A DNA stretch of 46,293 nucleotides from a virus (lineage: Duplodnaviria > Heunggongvirae > Uroviricota > Caudoviricetes), in IMG/VR virus record IMGVR_UViG_2925897562_000003; one strand, 5' to 3'. Below, piece after piece: positions 22,310-32,871 of this stretch. A program made the position numbers and the translations under genes. The notes below the pieces were generated by a model, which saw nothing but the letters and a program-made list of their open reading frames with translations, made no database searches and had not been told where the DNA came from. The stretch's first letter is position 1. Every line of letters starts with the position of its first letter.

Positions 22310-23818
22310 TTAATCTTCGGACTGGTCGTCGGTGTGCTGCGGCTCCTGTCGTTTCGTTGCGGCACTACTGCCTCCTTTATCACTGGCCGGATCGGTATCA
22401 AATACCAGATCCAGCTTGCGGTTTTCATCAATTTCGGCCTTGCGCCGACGTTTGACATCATCCGGATTACGACCACCAGCACGTACCCAGTCTGATTCTG
22501 TCGCCGCTCCACCACGAATCTGGATTTTCCAGGCCTCAGCCTCCTTAACAGGGTCAATCCACGGCATCACTGGTCCGGAATACACCGCGGTATACAGTGA
22601 AGAACGGTCAAGATCGCGGGGTAGCCTGATAACACCGGATGCCACAGCCTGTTTCAGCCATGCACGATACATCGGGCGGGTGACGGCACCAATAAACCAG
22701 TCCTGCAGGATCAGGTAGCCATCAGTAGATTCAACCAGCTCCTGACGCTGGGCGCTGTAAGTGCCGTTATAGTTGCGCGCTGTACTGGAAAAACTCAGAC
22801 GACTGCCCGCCGCCACGGCACGCAACTGACCATTACGAAAAGTTTCAAGGTTAGGATTGGGGCGATCCGACTTCACCATTCCGATTTCTTCGCCGGGTTT
22901 CAGATCGTCGTAAATAATGCCTGGCTGAATGGTAAGCTCGCGTTCCTTATCCTTGCTGCCATTACCATCCGGTTCATAGCTCTGCCCGTCGCCTTTGCGG
23001 ATGTACATCCCCAGAGCAGCGGCGATCCTTGCTGCAGTCAGCTCATAATCTTCATAATCTTTCAGGGCACTGAGGCGGATCAGCACACCGGACAACAAAG
23101 ACGTCCCGCGCATCTGGTGCAGACGGCGAACAAATTTAAGATGCAGCATTCGCTCTGCATCCACTTCTTTGGTTTCCATCTGCCGTCCGGATACGGGACG
23201 GCTTTTATACACCAGATATTTTTCGGGACGCCCCCAGTCATCAACAAACACGCCCTGATTCAGCCTGTTGCTCTCATCACTGGTCATGGGAATAAAGTCT
23301 GGCTCGAGCGCCTCCAGCCAGAAATGAACACCGGCAGAAGGCGTCAGGCTGTTTATGCGCCCGGAAACCATCTGGGCAAACACCTCACCATCGCGCAGCC
23401 AGGTACGCAGCATCAGACGTTCCAGCATCGGACGGGTAAACTGCCCGGTGACTTCCGGGCTGACAGACCATTCACTCCATCGGGTGCGAATCTCCGCAGC
23501 CAGGTCACGGGCAATGGCCCCATTGCGTAATACCGGATGTGGCTCGACAATAATCCCGTTTTTCCCCACCACCCGTTCTTCCAGCTTGTCAAATACACCA
23601 ATGACCAGATCGTGGTTGTTATCAAGGTAACGGGCCTGCTCACGTAACGACACGGCCCCGTACTGGCTTAACTGGTCGGCAGTTCGGTTTTCCCGCCGGG
23701 CTTTGTGTGTCCGCGTCGTTTTTACGGCCTCATAAGCCTGGATCACCGCACGGGAACGCAGCCTTGCCGCTTTCCATCCTGGTGAAAAAACGCCAATCAC
23801 ATCATCAAGAATTGCCAT
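22310..23818 (-). CDS. Portal protein
   Basis: About 500 aa between the W-like gene and the capsid gene; start MAILDD at 23818 overlaps the W-like stop by 1 nt. Confidence 0.85.
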   Translation of the reverse strand: MAILDDVIGVFSPGWKAARLRSRAVIQAYEAVKTTRTHKARRENRTADQLSQYGAVSLREQARYLDNNHDLVIGVFDKLEERVVGKNGIIVEPHPVLRNGAIARDLAAEIRTRWSEWSVSPEVTGQFTRPMLERLMLRTWLRDGEVFAQMVSGRINSLTPSAGVHFWLEALEPDFIPMTSDESNRLNQGVFVDDWGRPEKYLVYKSRPVSGRQMETKEVDAERMLHLKFVRRLHQMRGTSLLSGVLIRLSALKDYEDYELTAARIAAALGMYIRKGDGQSYEPDGNGSKDKERELTIQPGIIYDDLKPGEEIGMVKSDRPNPNLETFRNGQLRAVAAGSRLSFSSTARNYNGTYSAQRQELVESTDGYLILQDWFIGAVTRPMYRAWLKQAVASGVIRLPRDLDRSSLYTAVYSGPVMPWIDPVKEAEAWKIQIRGGAATESDWVRAGGRNPDDVKRRRKAEIDENRKLDLVFDTDPASDKGGSSAATKRQEPQHTDDQSED

Positions 23819-24036
23819 CAGAACCTCGCCAGCCGGTACCCGGGATGCCCCCGTCGTCGTGTAATCAGAGCCGCAAGGCGGCGCTCCCACTCCTGCCGTC
23901 CCTGCCGGATCTCAGATAAGTTTTCCATGGTCATCTGCTGACCATTAAAGGTGACGGATTTTCCGTCCAGCACCGCCATTTCAGCTTCCGTATAACGCTG
24001 AATCATGGCTTCGATATCATTCTGGTTCATAACCAT
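23818..24036 (-). CDS. W: Head-tail joining protein, lambda gpW-like
   Basis: 72 aa; C-terminal RRRGHPGY resembles lambda W RRRGPAGF; sits between terminase and portal. Confidence 0.6.
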   Translation of the reverse strand: MVMNQNDIEAMIQRYTEAEMAVLDGKSVTFNGQQMTMENLSEIRQGRQEWERRLAALITRRRGHPGYRLARF

Positions 24037-26129
24037 CCTCCGGAAGTCAGCCAGGGGTTAACATCGTCAGTTACTGTTTTCTTCCGTTTTTGTTTTTTAA
24101 CAGGCGTGGATACCGGTTCCGGTGAGGGTGACGGTTCGGTACTGTCCGGGACACACTCCAGCCAGGTTTCCCGGCTCGCCCATTCCGGTGCATCCGGCCA
24201 GCGGATCTTTTCGTATCCATGCAGAATGACCAGAGCCTCGGCATACACCATCAGGTCAAAGGCTTCGTTGGCACCGCGCCCCGGCTTACTCCATTTCCCG
24301 TCACTGCTCCGCTCTTCATACGTCAGTTCGTCGTAAAACCAGCTCCCCAGCCAGTCAGGAAAATGCACATAGCCGGGACCTGGCGAGTCACGCCATAACG
24401 CGTTATTCACCCGGTCTTTCAGGGCATCCGTCTGAAGAAGCCAGAGCGGCACATCACCTGCGGCCTGCGCCCGTCGGCCCGTTCGTCCGGTGTTATCAGG
24501 GAATGTACGGGTGATCAGTTTTGCGCGCCGGATGCTGTCGCCCTTAAACAGGTAAATACGTTTACCAAGGCCATCACGACGGCAACGACGCCAGAATTTA
24601 TAGGCATTATCAGTGACCCCGTCTTCACCGCCGGAGTCCACCGCCATTGCCATCAGTCGCATTTGTTGAGAAGGATCGGAGGCCAGCGGCCAGCTTTTAT
24701 GAAAAACATCCGTCAGCAGGACATCCCAGTCTTCCGGATAGCTGGCCGGATCAATTCGCTGGCTCTCCCCGTCGCTGTCACCGCGCAATGACTGCGTGAT
24801 GTTGTAACGATCAATAATCCAGCGTTCGCCACGGCTGCCATAGCCCGTTACCTGAACCACAAAACGGCGATGACGTCCCGCCTGCACATCCACTGTCGCC
24901 ACAAGGAAATTAACGCCATCCGGCACACTGCGGGAAGGAACTGGCTCTGCCCGCTGCTCAAGCAGTTCACTTTTTCGTTGCTCCATGCTGGCGCGGGGAA
25001 GATAAGGTAATCCCCAGTCAGTATTGATAACCGTCTTGAGTGTTTCTTCACTTCCGGTTGTCTCGTATTCCTGTTCTGCAGTAAGCAGTTTGTAAACGAG
25101 TTGCGAGAGTGTCTGGTAAGCAGCTGCCGGACCCTCCATCCAGAATGACGCAATACGTGAGCGTCGGGGATCACCATAACGACTACCATCCGCATTGATG
25201 GATTCACCATCCCGCAACCAGACCCCACGTCCGTTCAGCTCACGTTTTTGTTCAGGCATAATCCGTCCTGAACAGGAAGGACACTGAATATAAGCCGCCT
25301 CACTTGCCAGCACGGGATCGGCAATATCACGGAAACCAGCAACCACATCGCCGCAGGGCTGAAAATACTCACCACAGTGTGGACAGGGCCAGTACCAGCG
25401 ACGGCGATCGCCACGGTTATAGAGCGACAGTATCCCCGTGGTTGGTGGAGCCTCATGCGGTGAAGTCCGTCGCCATTTCACATCCTTCACATCCCTGCCG
25501 GGGGAACTCTCCACCAGCGTCATACCACTGGACATAAATGTTGTGGTACGTTTTGAGGCAAGAGAGAAAGCATCCCCCTCGCCATCAATATCTTCCGGAA
25601 AACGGTCATAATCCGTCAGCGCGACGCATTTATAATCTGATGAGGACATGATATTGACTGACGGCCAGCCGATTTTCAGGTAGTTACCAGCAAGGAATGT
25701 TCTGTCATAAACGTTGTTGTCATTTTTGTTCGGACTCAGGCGACTGACCACTTCCGGGCTGACGCGAAACGTTCTGGCGAGTCGTTTTTTGGAGTGTTCG
25801 CGGGCTTTTTCCTCCGTCATCTGAATGATCAGCATATCAGCAGGATCGCAAATCACGTTGTAAATCACCCAGCCGTCAATCAGGCCGATAGTCTTGCCGG
25901 TTCGTGCCGGGCCAACAAATATCACTGCGTCGTATTCACGCGAGGCCAGGCAGTTCATCGGCTCAATAACATACGGTGCCACCAGCGGATCCCACGGGAC
26001 TGAGTTCCCTGCCCCCATGGGCACCCGCATATACTGAGCAACGGCATCAGCAACCCGCATTCGCCTCGGTGCGCGAAGGATATAACCTGAATCGGTTCGT
26101 GCTGCCTTTGCGGTTTCCTGATTCAGCAT
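24027..26129 (-). CDS. A: Terminase large subunit (lambda gpA-like)
   Basis: 700 aa; Walker A VGPARTGKT; position after the small subunit. Confidence 0.9.
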   Translation of the reverse strand: MLNQETAKAARTDSGYILRAPRRMRVADAVAQYMRVPMGAGNSVPWDPLVAPYVIEPMNCLASREYDAVIFVGPARTGKTIGLIDGWVIYNVICDPADMLIIQMTEEKAREHSKKRLARTFRVSPEVVSRLSPNKNDNNVYDRTFLAGNYLKIGWPSVNIMSSSDYKCVALTDYDRFPEDIDGEGDAFSLASKRTTTFMSSGMTLVESSPGRDVKDVKWRRTSPHEAPPTTGILSLYNRGDRRRWYWPCPHCGEYFQPCGDVVAGFRDIADPVLASEAAYIQCPSCSGRIMPEQKRELNGRGVWLRDGESINADGSRYGDPRRSRIASFWMEGPAAAYQTLSQLVYKLLTAEQEYETTGSEETLKTVINTDWGLPYLPRASMEQRKSELLEQRAEPVPSRSVPDGVNFLVATVDVQAGRHRRFVVQVTGYGSRGERWIIDRYNITQSLRGDSDGESQRIDPASYPEDWDVLLTDVFHKSWPLASDPSQQMRLMAMAVDSGGEDGVTDNAYKFWRRCRRDGLGKRIYLFKGDSIRRAKLITRTFPDNTGRTGRRAQAAGDVPLWLLQTDALKDRVNNALWRDSPGPGYVHFPDWLGSWFYDELTYEERSSDGKWSKPGRGANEAFDLMVYAEALVILHGYEKIRWPDAPEWASRETWLECVPDSTEPSPSPEPVSTPVKKQKRKKTVTDDVNPWLTSGGWL

Positions 26130-26623
26130 TACTCCTCCTGCTGTAATTCCTCCTCATCATCCGCACCTGCTTCGGTCACCCGCAGGGCTATCTGATCGCG
26201 CAGATCATCAATAATGGACTGAACACGGCTCACAGCGGCAGGCTGCAGACCGCAGTCACGTTCCAGAATATCCGGTAATGTCTCCAGCACCTGCACGACC
26301 GCTTTTGCCCAGATGGCAAACTCCCGTCTGACATCACTGGCCGGAATGAGTTGCGCCGTTTCCTGTTCGAACTTAAGACGCTCACGTTCAGACTGATACC
26401 AGGCTTTGCGCTCATGCGCGTCCATTTCGCCTTCTGCAACCGGCGGTGGTAATGCCAGAAATGCCGACACAATATCAACCACCCGATAAAGCTTGAGGTT
26501 GCTTTCATGCCCCCCTGCAACGGGTAGATTTTGCAGCCTTGCCGCAGCAGTCTGGCGATGTACACCTGACAGTGCCGCCAGTTGACTGATATTCAGCGTC
26601 ATATTTTTTAACTCTCGATCCAT
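26129..26623 (-). CDS. Terminase small subunit (HTH DNA-binding)
   Basis: 164 aa; N-terminal HTH (LNISQLAALSGVHRQTAAARL); acidic C-terminus; overlaps the terL start; GGAG RBS upstream. Confidence 0.6.
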   Translation of the reverse strand: MDRELKNMTLNISQLAALSGVHRQTAAARLQNLPVAGGHESNLKLYRVVDIVSAFLALPPPVAEGEMDAHERKAWYQSERERLKFEQETAQLIPASDVRREFAIWAKAVVQVLETLPDILERDCGLQPAAVSRVQSIIDDLRDQIALRVTEAGADDEEELQQEE

Positions 26624-27438
26624 ACCCGCTCCAGAATGTTTTAAACATGCATCTTGCGAACAACTTTAGGCAAACGGTGTTAGTGATGAACAAAAAACAA
26701 TCAAAATCGACACCATAAAAATAAAACCAATTTAATATCAATGCATTACAGTAGTGGTGATGACGAATGAAATTTCAAAAACTAGCCTTTTTCCGCGACG
26801 CTCCCGCCCCGTGGCAGGCCACCCCACCGGGAGGACCCGTCAGCCTGACAGCTCTGACGAACGTCTGATACAACGCCTTGCATGAATGGCATCGGGATAA
26901 TCCAGAAAGGCATAGCATCGCGCCCACAAGAATCTGTGTAAGTGTCCTGTTTCTTCCACCCCCGCACAGGACTGGCGAGCATGAGGGACAAACCCGCGAA
27001 CCATAAACGCGGTAAAAACCCGGTGTGCATCGTTTTTGATTATTCCCGCACACTCGCGCAGAAGGAGTTCCCCGTCGGGCTACGGTCTCTGTTAATACGG
27101 GAATACGGCGACGATACAGCGCATGATGTGTCAGGCTTGAATACCTTTATCCTTTAAAAGGGATATCAGTTAAGTTATCCCGTGTAGGGTATAAGCCATT
27201 ATCAAAGCCACTCTGTAGGAAGTGGCTTTTGTAATGGCAATAAAAAGCCCCGCGAATGCGAGGCTAAATCCTGGTATTTGTAATGACTGGCTCTTATCTC
27301 AACGCAGCCCCTTACCGCGCGCAAAATGCTCAATATCAAGCATCAGCAATGAGATGTTTAATCTGGATTCACTCCAGAAGTGAGCACCACCCTGTCTACA
27401 GAGCCAGATGTGAAGGATGATGAGTAAAATTATCGCTA

Positions 27439-27918
27439 TCATCGAAGGCATTGCGTCCTGATGTATTCCTGAAGCGTTCTCAGTGCTGTTTGGTCGCGGA
27501 TAATTCCGTCCCGGATACCGAGAACGTTTCGTCCAGCAACTGGAGAGAGTTCGACGGTGGCATCATTGCCCATGCCGGAGGCGCTGGAGGTTTCGGCTGA
27601 GGATGGCACAGGGCATTTTCCTTTGACGAGCACCCGACCACCATTATCAAGCTTGCGCCGAAGAGCATCATTTTCAGCTTTCGCATCAGCTAACTCCTTC
27701 GTATATTTATCATCGAGTGCATCAGCATCACGCTGGCGCTGCTGCATGTCAGTAATGGTGGCGTTCGCCTTCTCCAGTTCACTGGCCTTGTTATCGCGCT
27801 GTTCTTTGTAGGCGATTGCATTATCACGGTAATGATTAACAGCCCATGACAGGCAGACGATGATGCAGATAACCAGAGCGGAGATAATCGCGGTTACCCT
27901 GCTCATTGTTGCCCCCAC
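27439..27918 (-). CDS. Rz: Spanin inner-membrane subunit Rz
   Basis: 159 aa; N-terminal TM segment then coiled coil; follows the endolysin. Confidence 0.8.
   Translation of the reverse strand: MGATMSRVTAIISALVICIIVCLSWAVNHYRDNAIAYKEQRDNKASELEKANATITDMQQRQRDADALDDKYTKELADAKAENDALRRKLDNGGRVLVKGKCPVPSSAETSSASGMGNDATVELSPVAGRNVLGIRDGIIRDQTALRTLQEYIRTQCLR
27480..27686 (-). CDS. Rz1: Spanin outer-membrane lipoprotein Rz1 (embedded in Rz, +1 frame)
   Basis: MRKLKMML...VVGCSS lipobox, proline-rich; fully embedded in Rz. Confidence 0.7.
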   Translation of the reverse strand: MRKLKMMLFGASLIMVVGCSSKENALCHPQPKPPAPPAWAMMPPSNSLQLLDETFSVSGTELSATKQH

Positions 27919-28400
27919 AAACAGACCTCACGCTCAATCTCACGACGAGTCATCAGGCCTTTCCATTGCTTACCGCCAGCGTATGCCCAGCGACGTAGCT
28001 GGTCACATGCGCCCTTGATATCGCCCTGGTTTATTTTGCGAAGAAGAGTAGATGTTCTGAAATTGCCTGCGCCCACGTTATAGACGAACGAGTAAAGAGC
28101 GCCGCGCGTTGTTTCCGGTATATCGACTTTGATGTACGGGTTAATTTGTCTGGCTACCGTGGCAAGGTCTTTATTCAGGAGGGCTTTGCATTCTGCTTCG
28201 GTATACGTTTTACCGGGAATGATGTCTTTTCCTGTATGCCCGTGACATACAGTCCATACGCCAACGATATCTTTGTATGGTATGTAACTGACACCTTCCA
28301 GGCCATCGTCACCACTTGGGCCAGTGATTAACACTGATGCTATAGCAATTGCTCCGCCACCAATAGCAGCAGCAACTGCTTTTCGTAATGATGGAGGCAT
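27903..28400 (-). CDS. R: SAR endolysin (phage 21 R-like lysozyme)
   Basis: 165 aa; N-terminal Gly/Ala-rich SAR-like segment [16 protein letters not shown]; matches my recollection of R21. Confidence 0.85.
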   Translation of the reverse strand: MPPSLRKAVAAAIGGGAIAIASVLITGPSGDDGLEGVSYIPYKDIVGVWTVCHGHTGKDIIPGKTYTEAECKALLNKDLATVARQINPYIKVDIPETTRGALYSFVYNVGAGNFRTSTLLRKINQGDIKGACDQLRRWAYAGGKQWKGLMTRREIEREVCLWGQQ

Positions 28401-28615
28401 TATTCACCTCTCGCAGCCTTGCGCTTATCTTCTTTAATCTTGAAATAAAGGTTTGTCAGGTACGTCAGCAGGCCAAATACCAGACTACCCAGCACACCTA
28501 TTGCCGCCCACTGTGAGGGCGTGACTTTATCGAGCAACTGTAAAAACCAGTACCCGGCACTACCTGCTGAGGTGCCATAGGCGACACCCGTTGTTAACTT
28601 ATCCATGGATTTCAT
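28400..28615 (-). CDS. S: Pinholin S (phage 21 S-like) with dual start MKSMDK
   Basis: [26 protein letters not shown]...[22 protein letters not shown]; two in-frame ATGs (28615 and 28606) as in S21-71/S21-68. Confidence 0.8.
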
Positions 28616-28682
28616 AACCCCACCTCGCAGATGCGGGTGCTGTGTAATGGAAATAAAAAGGCCACCTGACGTGGCCACCAGA

Positions 28683-29735
28683 TTATTTCCCCACCAGCTC
28701 GTTTATCTCTTTCACTGTCTGGTTAAACCGCTCTGACTCAAGCTCAACACCTAAGGCCCGACGCCCCAGCGCCATTGCTGCTTTTATTGTGGAACCGGAT
28801 CCCATAAAAAAATCAGCAACCAGATCACCAGGTCGACTACTGGCATTGATTATTTGCCTGAGCATATCCACCGGTTTCTCACACGGATGTTTACCCGGGT
28901 AGAACTGAACGGGTTTATGCATCCAGACATCGGTATAAGGCACGGAGACTGATACGGAGAAATAGCGCCGGAGAGATTTAAACTCATCCAGCAATTCAGA
29001 ATATTTGCGATTCAGTGAATCATAAGATGCCACCAGCTGGTGGTGTGGTTGTTCCAGTTGTTGTTCCTGAAACTTCTCTGCCGCTATACGGGAAAACAGT
29101 GCCTGTAACTTCCGATAGTCAGCCTCATTCGGCAACTGCCACTGACTGGCACCAAACCAGTGGGAAACCATATTTTTCTTACCTGTGGCTTCGGCAATTT
29201 GTTTTGCCGTTATACCCAGTTCGGCACGAGCATCCCTGAAATACGATATCAGCGGTGCCATTATGTGCTGTTTGAGTTCCCTTTCTTTTGCCGCATAGCC
29301 GTCACTTTTGCCGCGATATGGCCCCTGGTAATGTTCAGCAAACAGAACGCGCTCTGTGGCAGGAAAATATGCGCGCAGACTTTCTTTATTACACCCATTC
29401 CAACGTCCGGACGGCTTCGCCCAGATGATATGGTTAAGCACGTTGAAACGTTCACGCATCATGATCTCAATATCAGATGCCAAGCGATGCCCACAGAACA
29501 GGTAAAGGCTTCCGGCAGGTTTTAACACCCGCCAGAACTGGGCCAGACAGTGGTCCAGCCACTTAAGGTAATCTTCGTCCCCTTTCCACTGATTGTCCCA
29601 ACCGTTGGGTTTCACCTTGAAGTAAGGCGGATCGGTAACAATCAGGTCAATGGAATCATCAGGCAGGGACTGAATAAAATGCAGGCAATCAGCGTTGATT
29701 AAATCAACACTGTTTATTTTTACAGTATTTTTCAT
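28683..29735 (-). CDS. Orphan DNA amino-methyltransferase (N6-adenine or N4-cytosine; DPPY motif)
   Basis: IVTDPPYF catalytic motif near the N-terminus plus C-terminal FFMGSGST AdoMet motif; no partner endonuclease adjacent. Confidence 0.8.
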
Positions 29736-29885
29736 GGATCAGTAAGCGTAACTCTGGTAGGCTCACTCTGCTTTTGCGCTAAAGCAGTGGGCCGTGGTTC
29801 GCTTGTGACCAGTAAGCATGAGCGAATGGCTGGCAGGTGCTACCAACACCCACCAGCCGCCCATTTTCACAGCAGGAAACCGCCA

Positions 29886-30113
29886 TTACTGGCAGCGTCT
29901 GAATTTATTCCCGTACCCGCCGTTATCCTTCGCCAGACCCGCCAGAACTAACTGAGTCAGTATTAACTGGCACCGGGCTTCGCTTACTCCGGTAGTTCTC
30001 GTCATCATGCGTGGCGTTACCCACTTGTCAGCAGGTAAAAAATAAAGGACTGCGGCGGCGGTTTCTGTCATATCTTGCTGTTTTAGCATGTCTTTTTCCC
30101 TTCTGGTTAACAT
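29886..30113 (-). CDS. Hypothetical small protein (75 aa)
   Basis: ORF only; no family recognised. Confidence 0.35.
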   Translation of the reverse strand: MLTRREKDMLKQQDMTETAAAVLYFLPADKWVTPRMMTRTTGVSEARCQLILTQLVLAGLAKDNGGYGNKFRRCQ

Positions 30114-30353
30114 GACATACCAATAACTCTTGTCTAAAAAGCCAGCAAGATAAAAAGTCAGTATTCACGACCACCAGCGTGTTTACTGTACTGCACCAGG
30201 TTTACAGGTACAAAAAACCGCTCAGCGGCGGGTTTAAGTTGTGTGGCGAAGTAACCACTCTTAACACGATATAATACTTTTTGCGTACGCGTTAGGATTT
30301 TTATAAACTATGCGTCCCCATTCTCGCTATCTTTAGTCGGTCCTGGAATACAC

Positions 30354-31280
30354 ATGAAAGTTAGAAGCATAGGATTTACAATAAATAACAATAACAAAAA
30401 TATTAATACCGTTGACGTAATGAATGCTTTTATCAACGCATCAAACAGAGAACACAGTCGCACAGACTATACTCGTAAAATTCTCATTTCGGATGTGAAT
30501 GATTTCTATTATGGATTAGTTGTCACATTCAGAAACCAAAAAAAGAACTGTAAGTCGCAATTTGTTGATGGTAAATTCCAGCTTAAAATTGAAGATCTTC
30601 AAGGAAGTGACAAACTTGCTAATTTCAACTTTTTCTTAATTAAAAAATCTAATCTTTCTGGTCTCTATATGTATCACCACGGTTCATGCAGTCTGAACAC
30701 TCTCTTTTCTCATTTAGAAACAATAAGTAATGAATTTATCAGAAATCAAAATAAAGAAGAAATAAAAAAACTTGGTGATAAACCAAAACAAAAAGAAGTA
30801 ACTGCAATAAATAAAAAATACAAAGAAAGACTGACTTTCAGCCTTATGACAAATAAAAACAACATTCAGAGTGTTTTATGTCAATTCAAAGAGATTAAAA
30901 GCACAAGCTTTAAATTTAATTATATAGATTTTAAAGGTGGACCAATGACTGCGCTTGAACAATTTGTTAACACCACCACAATAGATATGAATTTTAATTC
31001 TAGCGACAGAACAAAAGTGCAACAACTATCTCAGAATCTTTCAAATATTTATAATTCTATGAGTGGAGTTGCTAAAGCACAGGTTATTGCAGTAAACCAT
31101 GCAGGAATAGAAAAAACCATTGATTTTATGAACTGCCCTGTTTTTTTTGAAACATACGATTTCGATATAATTGCCGATAAAGTCAATGGATTGACAAACG
31201 ATAATTATACAACAAACCCTGTTTTTGATATGATAAAAGAAGAAATGCTGAACGGGACGAATAAAAATGCCTTTATATGA
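30354..31280 (+). CDS. Hypothetical protein (308 aa), visibly AT-rich gene, Asn/Lys-rich; first gene of the accessory cassette
   Basis: Long uninterrupted ORF on the strand opposite to the late genes; codon usage clearly unlike the surrounding phage genes (runs such as aataacaataacaaaaatattaat). Confidence 0.6.
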   Translation: MKVRSIGFTINNNNKNINTVDVMNAFINASNREHSRTDYTRKILISDVNDFYYGLVVTFRNQKKNCKSQFVDGKFQLKIEDLQGSDKLANFNFFLIKKSNLSGLYMYHHGSCSLNTLFSHLETISNEFIRNQNKEEIKKLGDKPKQKEVTAINKKYKERLTFSLMTNKNNIQSVLCQFKEIKSTSFKFNYIDFKGGPMTALEQFVNTTTIDMNFNSSDRTKVQQLSQNLSNIYNSMSGVAKAQVIAVNHAGIEKTIDFMNCPVFFETYDFDIIADKVNGLTNDNYTTNPVFDMIKEEMLNGTNKNAFI

Positions 31281-31411
31281 ATGGCTAATAAATAAAAGAT
31301 TGAGGTATCAGTACCTTACACTGCTTGCATTCTCGATCCTGGCATTGCTTGCACTTTACCTATTGTACAGAAACACACCTAAAGTAAGTGTTAACTTTTT
31401 TGATTTTTATC

Positions 31412-32481
31412 CTTGAATTGTCAAACCAAGTGCAACGATTTTTTGAAGTAAACTTCATAAGGTGTTTTCCAACCTAAACATTTACGTGGTCGTAAATTCA
31501 GTTTATTGATCACCTGTTGAATATCAACTTCGCTCCACTGATTGATGTCTTGGTGCTTCGGAAAGTATTCACGAAGTAACCCATTTGTATTTTCATTCGT
31601 TCCCCGTGTCCACGGTTGATGCGGCTCGGGGAAGTAAAATTCTACACCCAGTGCTTCTGTTACCAAACGATGTTGGGCAAATTCTTTACCACGGTCTGGC
31701 GTAATTGACCGCAATATATGTGAATCCAGCAATTCAATCATGGCTTTTTGGACTGCTTCGGCTTTTTTGGCAGGAATTTTCTTCACCAACTCAAAACGAC
31801 TTTTGCGTTCCGTCAGCGTCAGCAAACAAGCTCCACCCGCTTTACCCAGTACGGTATCGGCTTCCCAATGTCCAAAGCGACTGCGATTTTGCGCCGAAAT
31901 GGGACGGTCGTTCAAATGGTTGGATATCTGAATTTTGCCACGTTTTTCATGATGATTTTTTGTATGCCGTGTTTTGCCTTTGTGGCGCAGTTTGCGACTG
32001 GCTTTGCGTTCGCCTATATCAAACAACCCTGAATAAATACCACGATAAATGGTTGAATAACTAATGGATAATTCAGATTTTTCCAATTTTAATCGTGCGC
32101 TGATTTGTTCGGGCGACCAGTTTTCTGTCAGAAACTTTTCTTGCACCAAATTGAAATATTCAGGCTGCTCTAATTTGCGCTGTGCTTTGCTATTTTGACG
32201 ATGCTTCAAATAGCTGTTTTGTGCGTTCGTTGCACTGTAGCTTTCTAGAGCGTGTCGTTTCAGCTCGCGAGAAATGGTGCTGGAGCTACGTCCCAGTGCT
32301 TTGGCAATTTCTGCTTGTTTTTTGCCCTGTGCGAGTAAAATCATTATCTTTTCTCGCTCGTTTATTGTAAGATGTCGGTAGGAAGTACTCATCATTTGGA
32401 AGTGGTTTTTGTGTGGAAACAAAATTATATTCTAGTTGATGAGTACTTCTTTTTTTGTTGCACTTGGATTGTAAATTCAGC
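31412..32481 (-). mobile_element. IS30-family insertion sequence (about 1.07 kb), possibly ISApl1-like
   Basis: Single transposase ORF flanked by imperfect roughly 25-bp terminal inverted repeats (left TGAATTGTCAAACCAAGTGCAAC, right reverse complement TGAATTTACAATCCAAGTGCAAC); exact ends and target duplication not resolved. Confidence 0.8.
31421..32344 (-). CDS. IS30-family transposase (DDE); 307 aa from MILLAQ, ORF track extends to 32422
   Basis: N-terminal HTH (AEIAKALGRSSSTISRELKR), catalytic region HWEADTV...TPDRGKEF...TRGTNEN typical of IS30 transposases. Confidence 0.85.
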   Translation of the reverse strand: MILLAQGKKQAEIAKALGRSSSTISRELKRHALESYSATNAQNSYLKHRQNSKAQRKLEQPEYFNLVQEKFLTENWSPEQISARLKLEKSELSISYSTIYRGIYSGLFDIGERKASRKLRHKGKTRHTKNHHEKRGKIQISNHLNDRPISAQNRSRFGHWEADTVLGKAGGACLLTLTERKSRFELVKKIPAKKAEAVQKAMIELLDSHILRSITPDRGKEFAQHRLVTEALGVEFYFPEPHQPWTRGTNENTNGLLREYFPKHQDINQWSEVDIQQVINKLNLRPRKCLGWKTPYEVYFKKSLHLV

Positions 32482-32871
32482 TCATAAAAACTTACGAGGC
32501 TATCTCTTCTCCGGTTTTATTTCCGTGGGCTCATTTTTATTGAGCCTGCATACCTTTGTCATAATAAATTTACGCGATAAGGTTTTTGCAACTCAGGAAT
32601 ATAAGGAAATTTATAGCATTGCCACTGGTATACCTATTGACAAAATCAATGATAGTGTACTTTATAAACCTTTAGACAATTTATCCTCATTTATTAATAC
32701 ATCAATATTATGTTCTATCACAACAGCAATTGCACAATTCACTATTGGGCTTTCAACTAATTTATATGCATGCTTATTTTGCGTATGGCTTGCAATACTA
32801 ACGGTATTTCTTTTATTACATTGCCTCATCATAATCAGACAAAATATTAAAATTTTATTAAAGCAACAGAG

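Noticed and set aside
20338-22557. ORF-track extension of the protease-capsid gene to 739 aa, and similar upstream extensions of the portal, K, S and Q ORFs
   Set aside because: The extensions overlap the preceding genes in the operon; internal ATG starts adjacent to the upstream gene stop give standard gene spacing. The track also appears to accept GTG/TTG starts (for example 42397, 43573, 33256).
26775-27157. Short overlapping ORFs (92, 82, 71 aa) in the Rz-to-terminase gap, considered as a possible bor-like gene
   Set aside because: No signal peptide or lipobox resembling Bor, Cys/Arg-rich junk-like composition, mutually overlapping frames; the region is more likely non-coding (packaging site).
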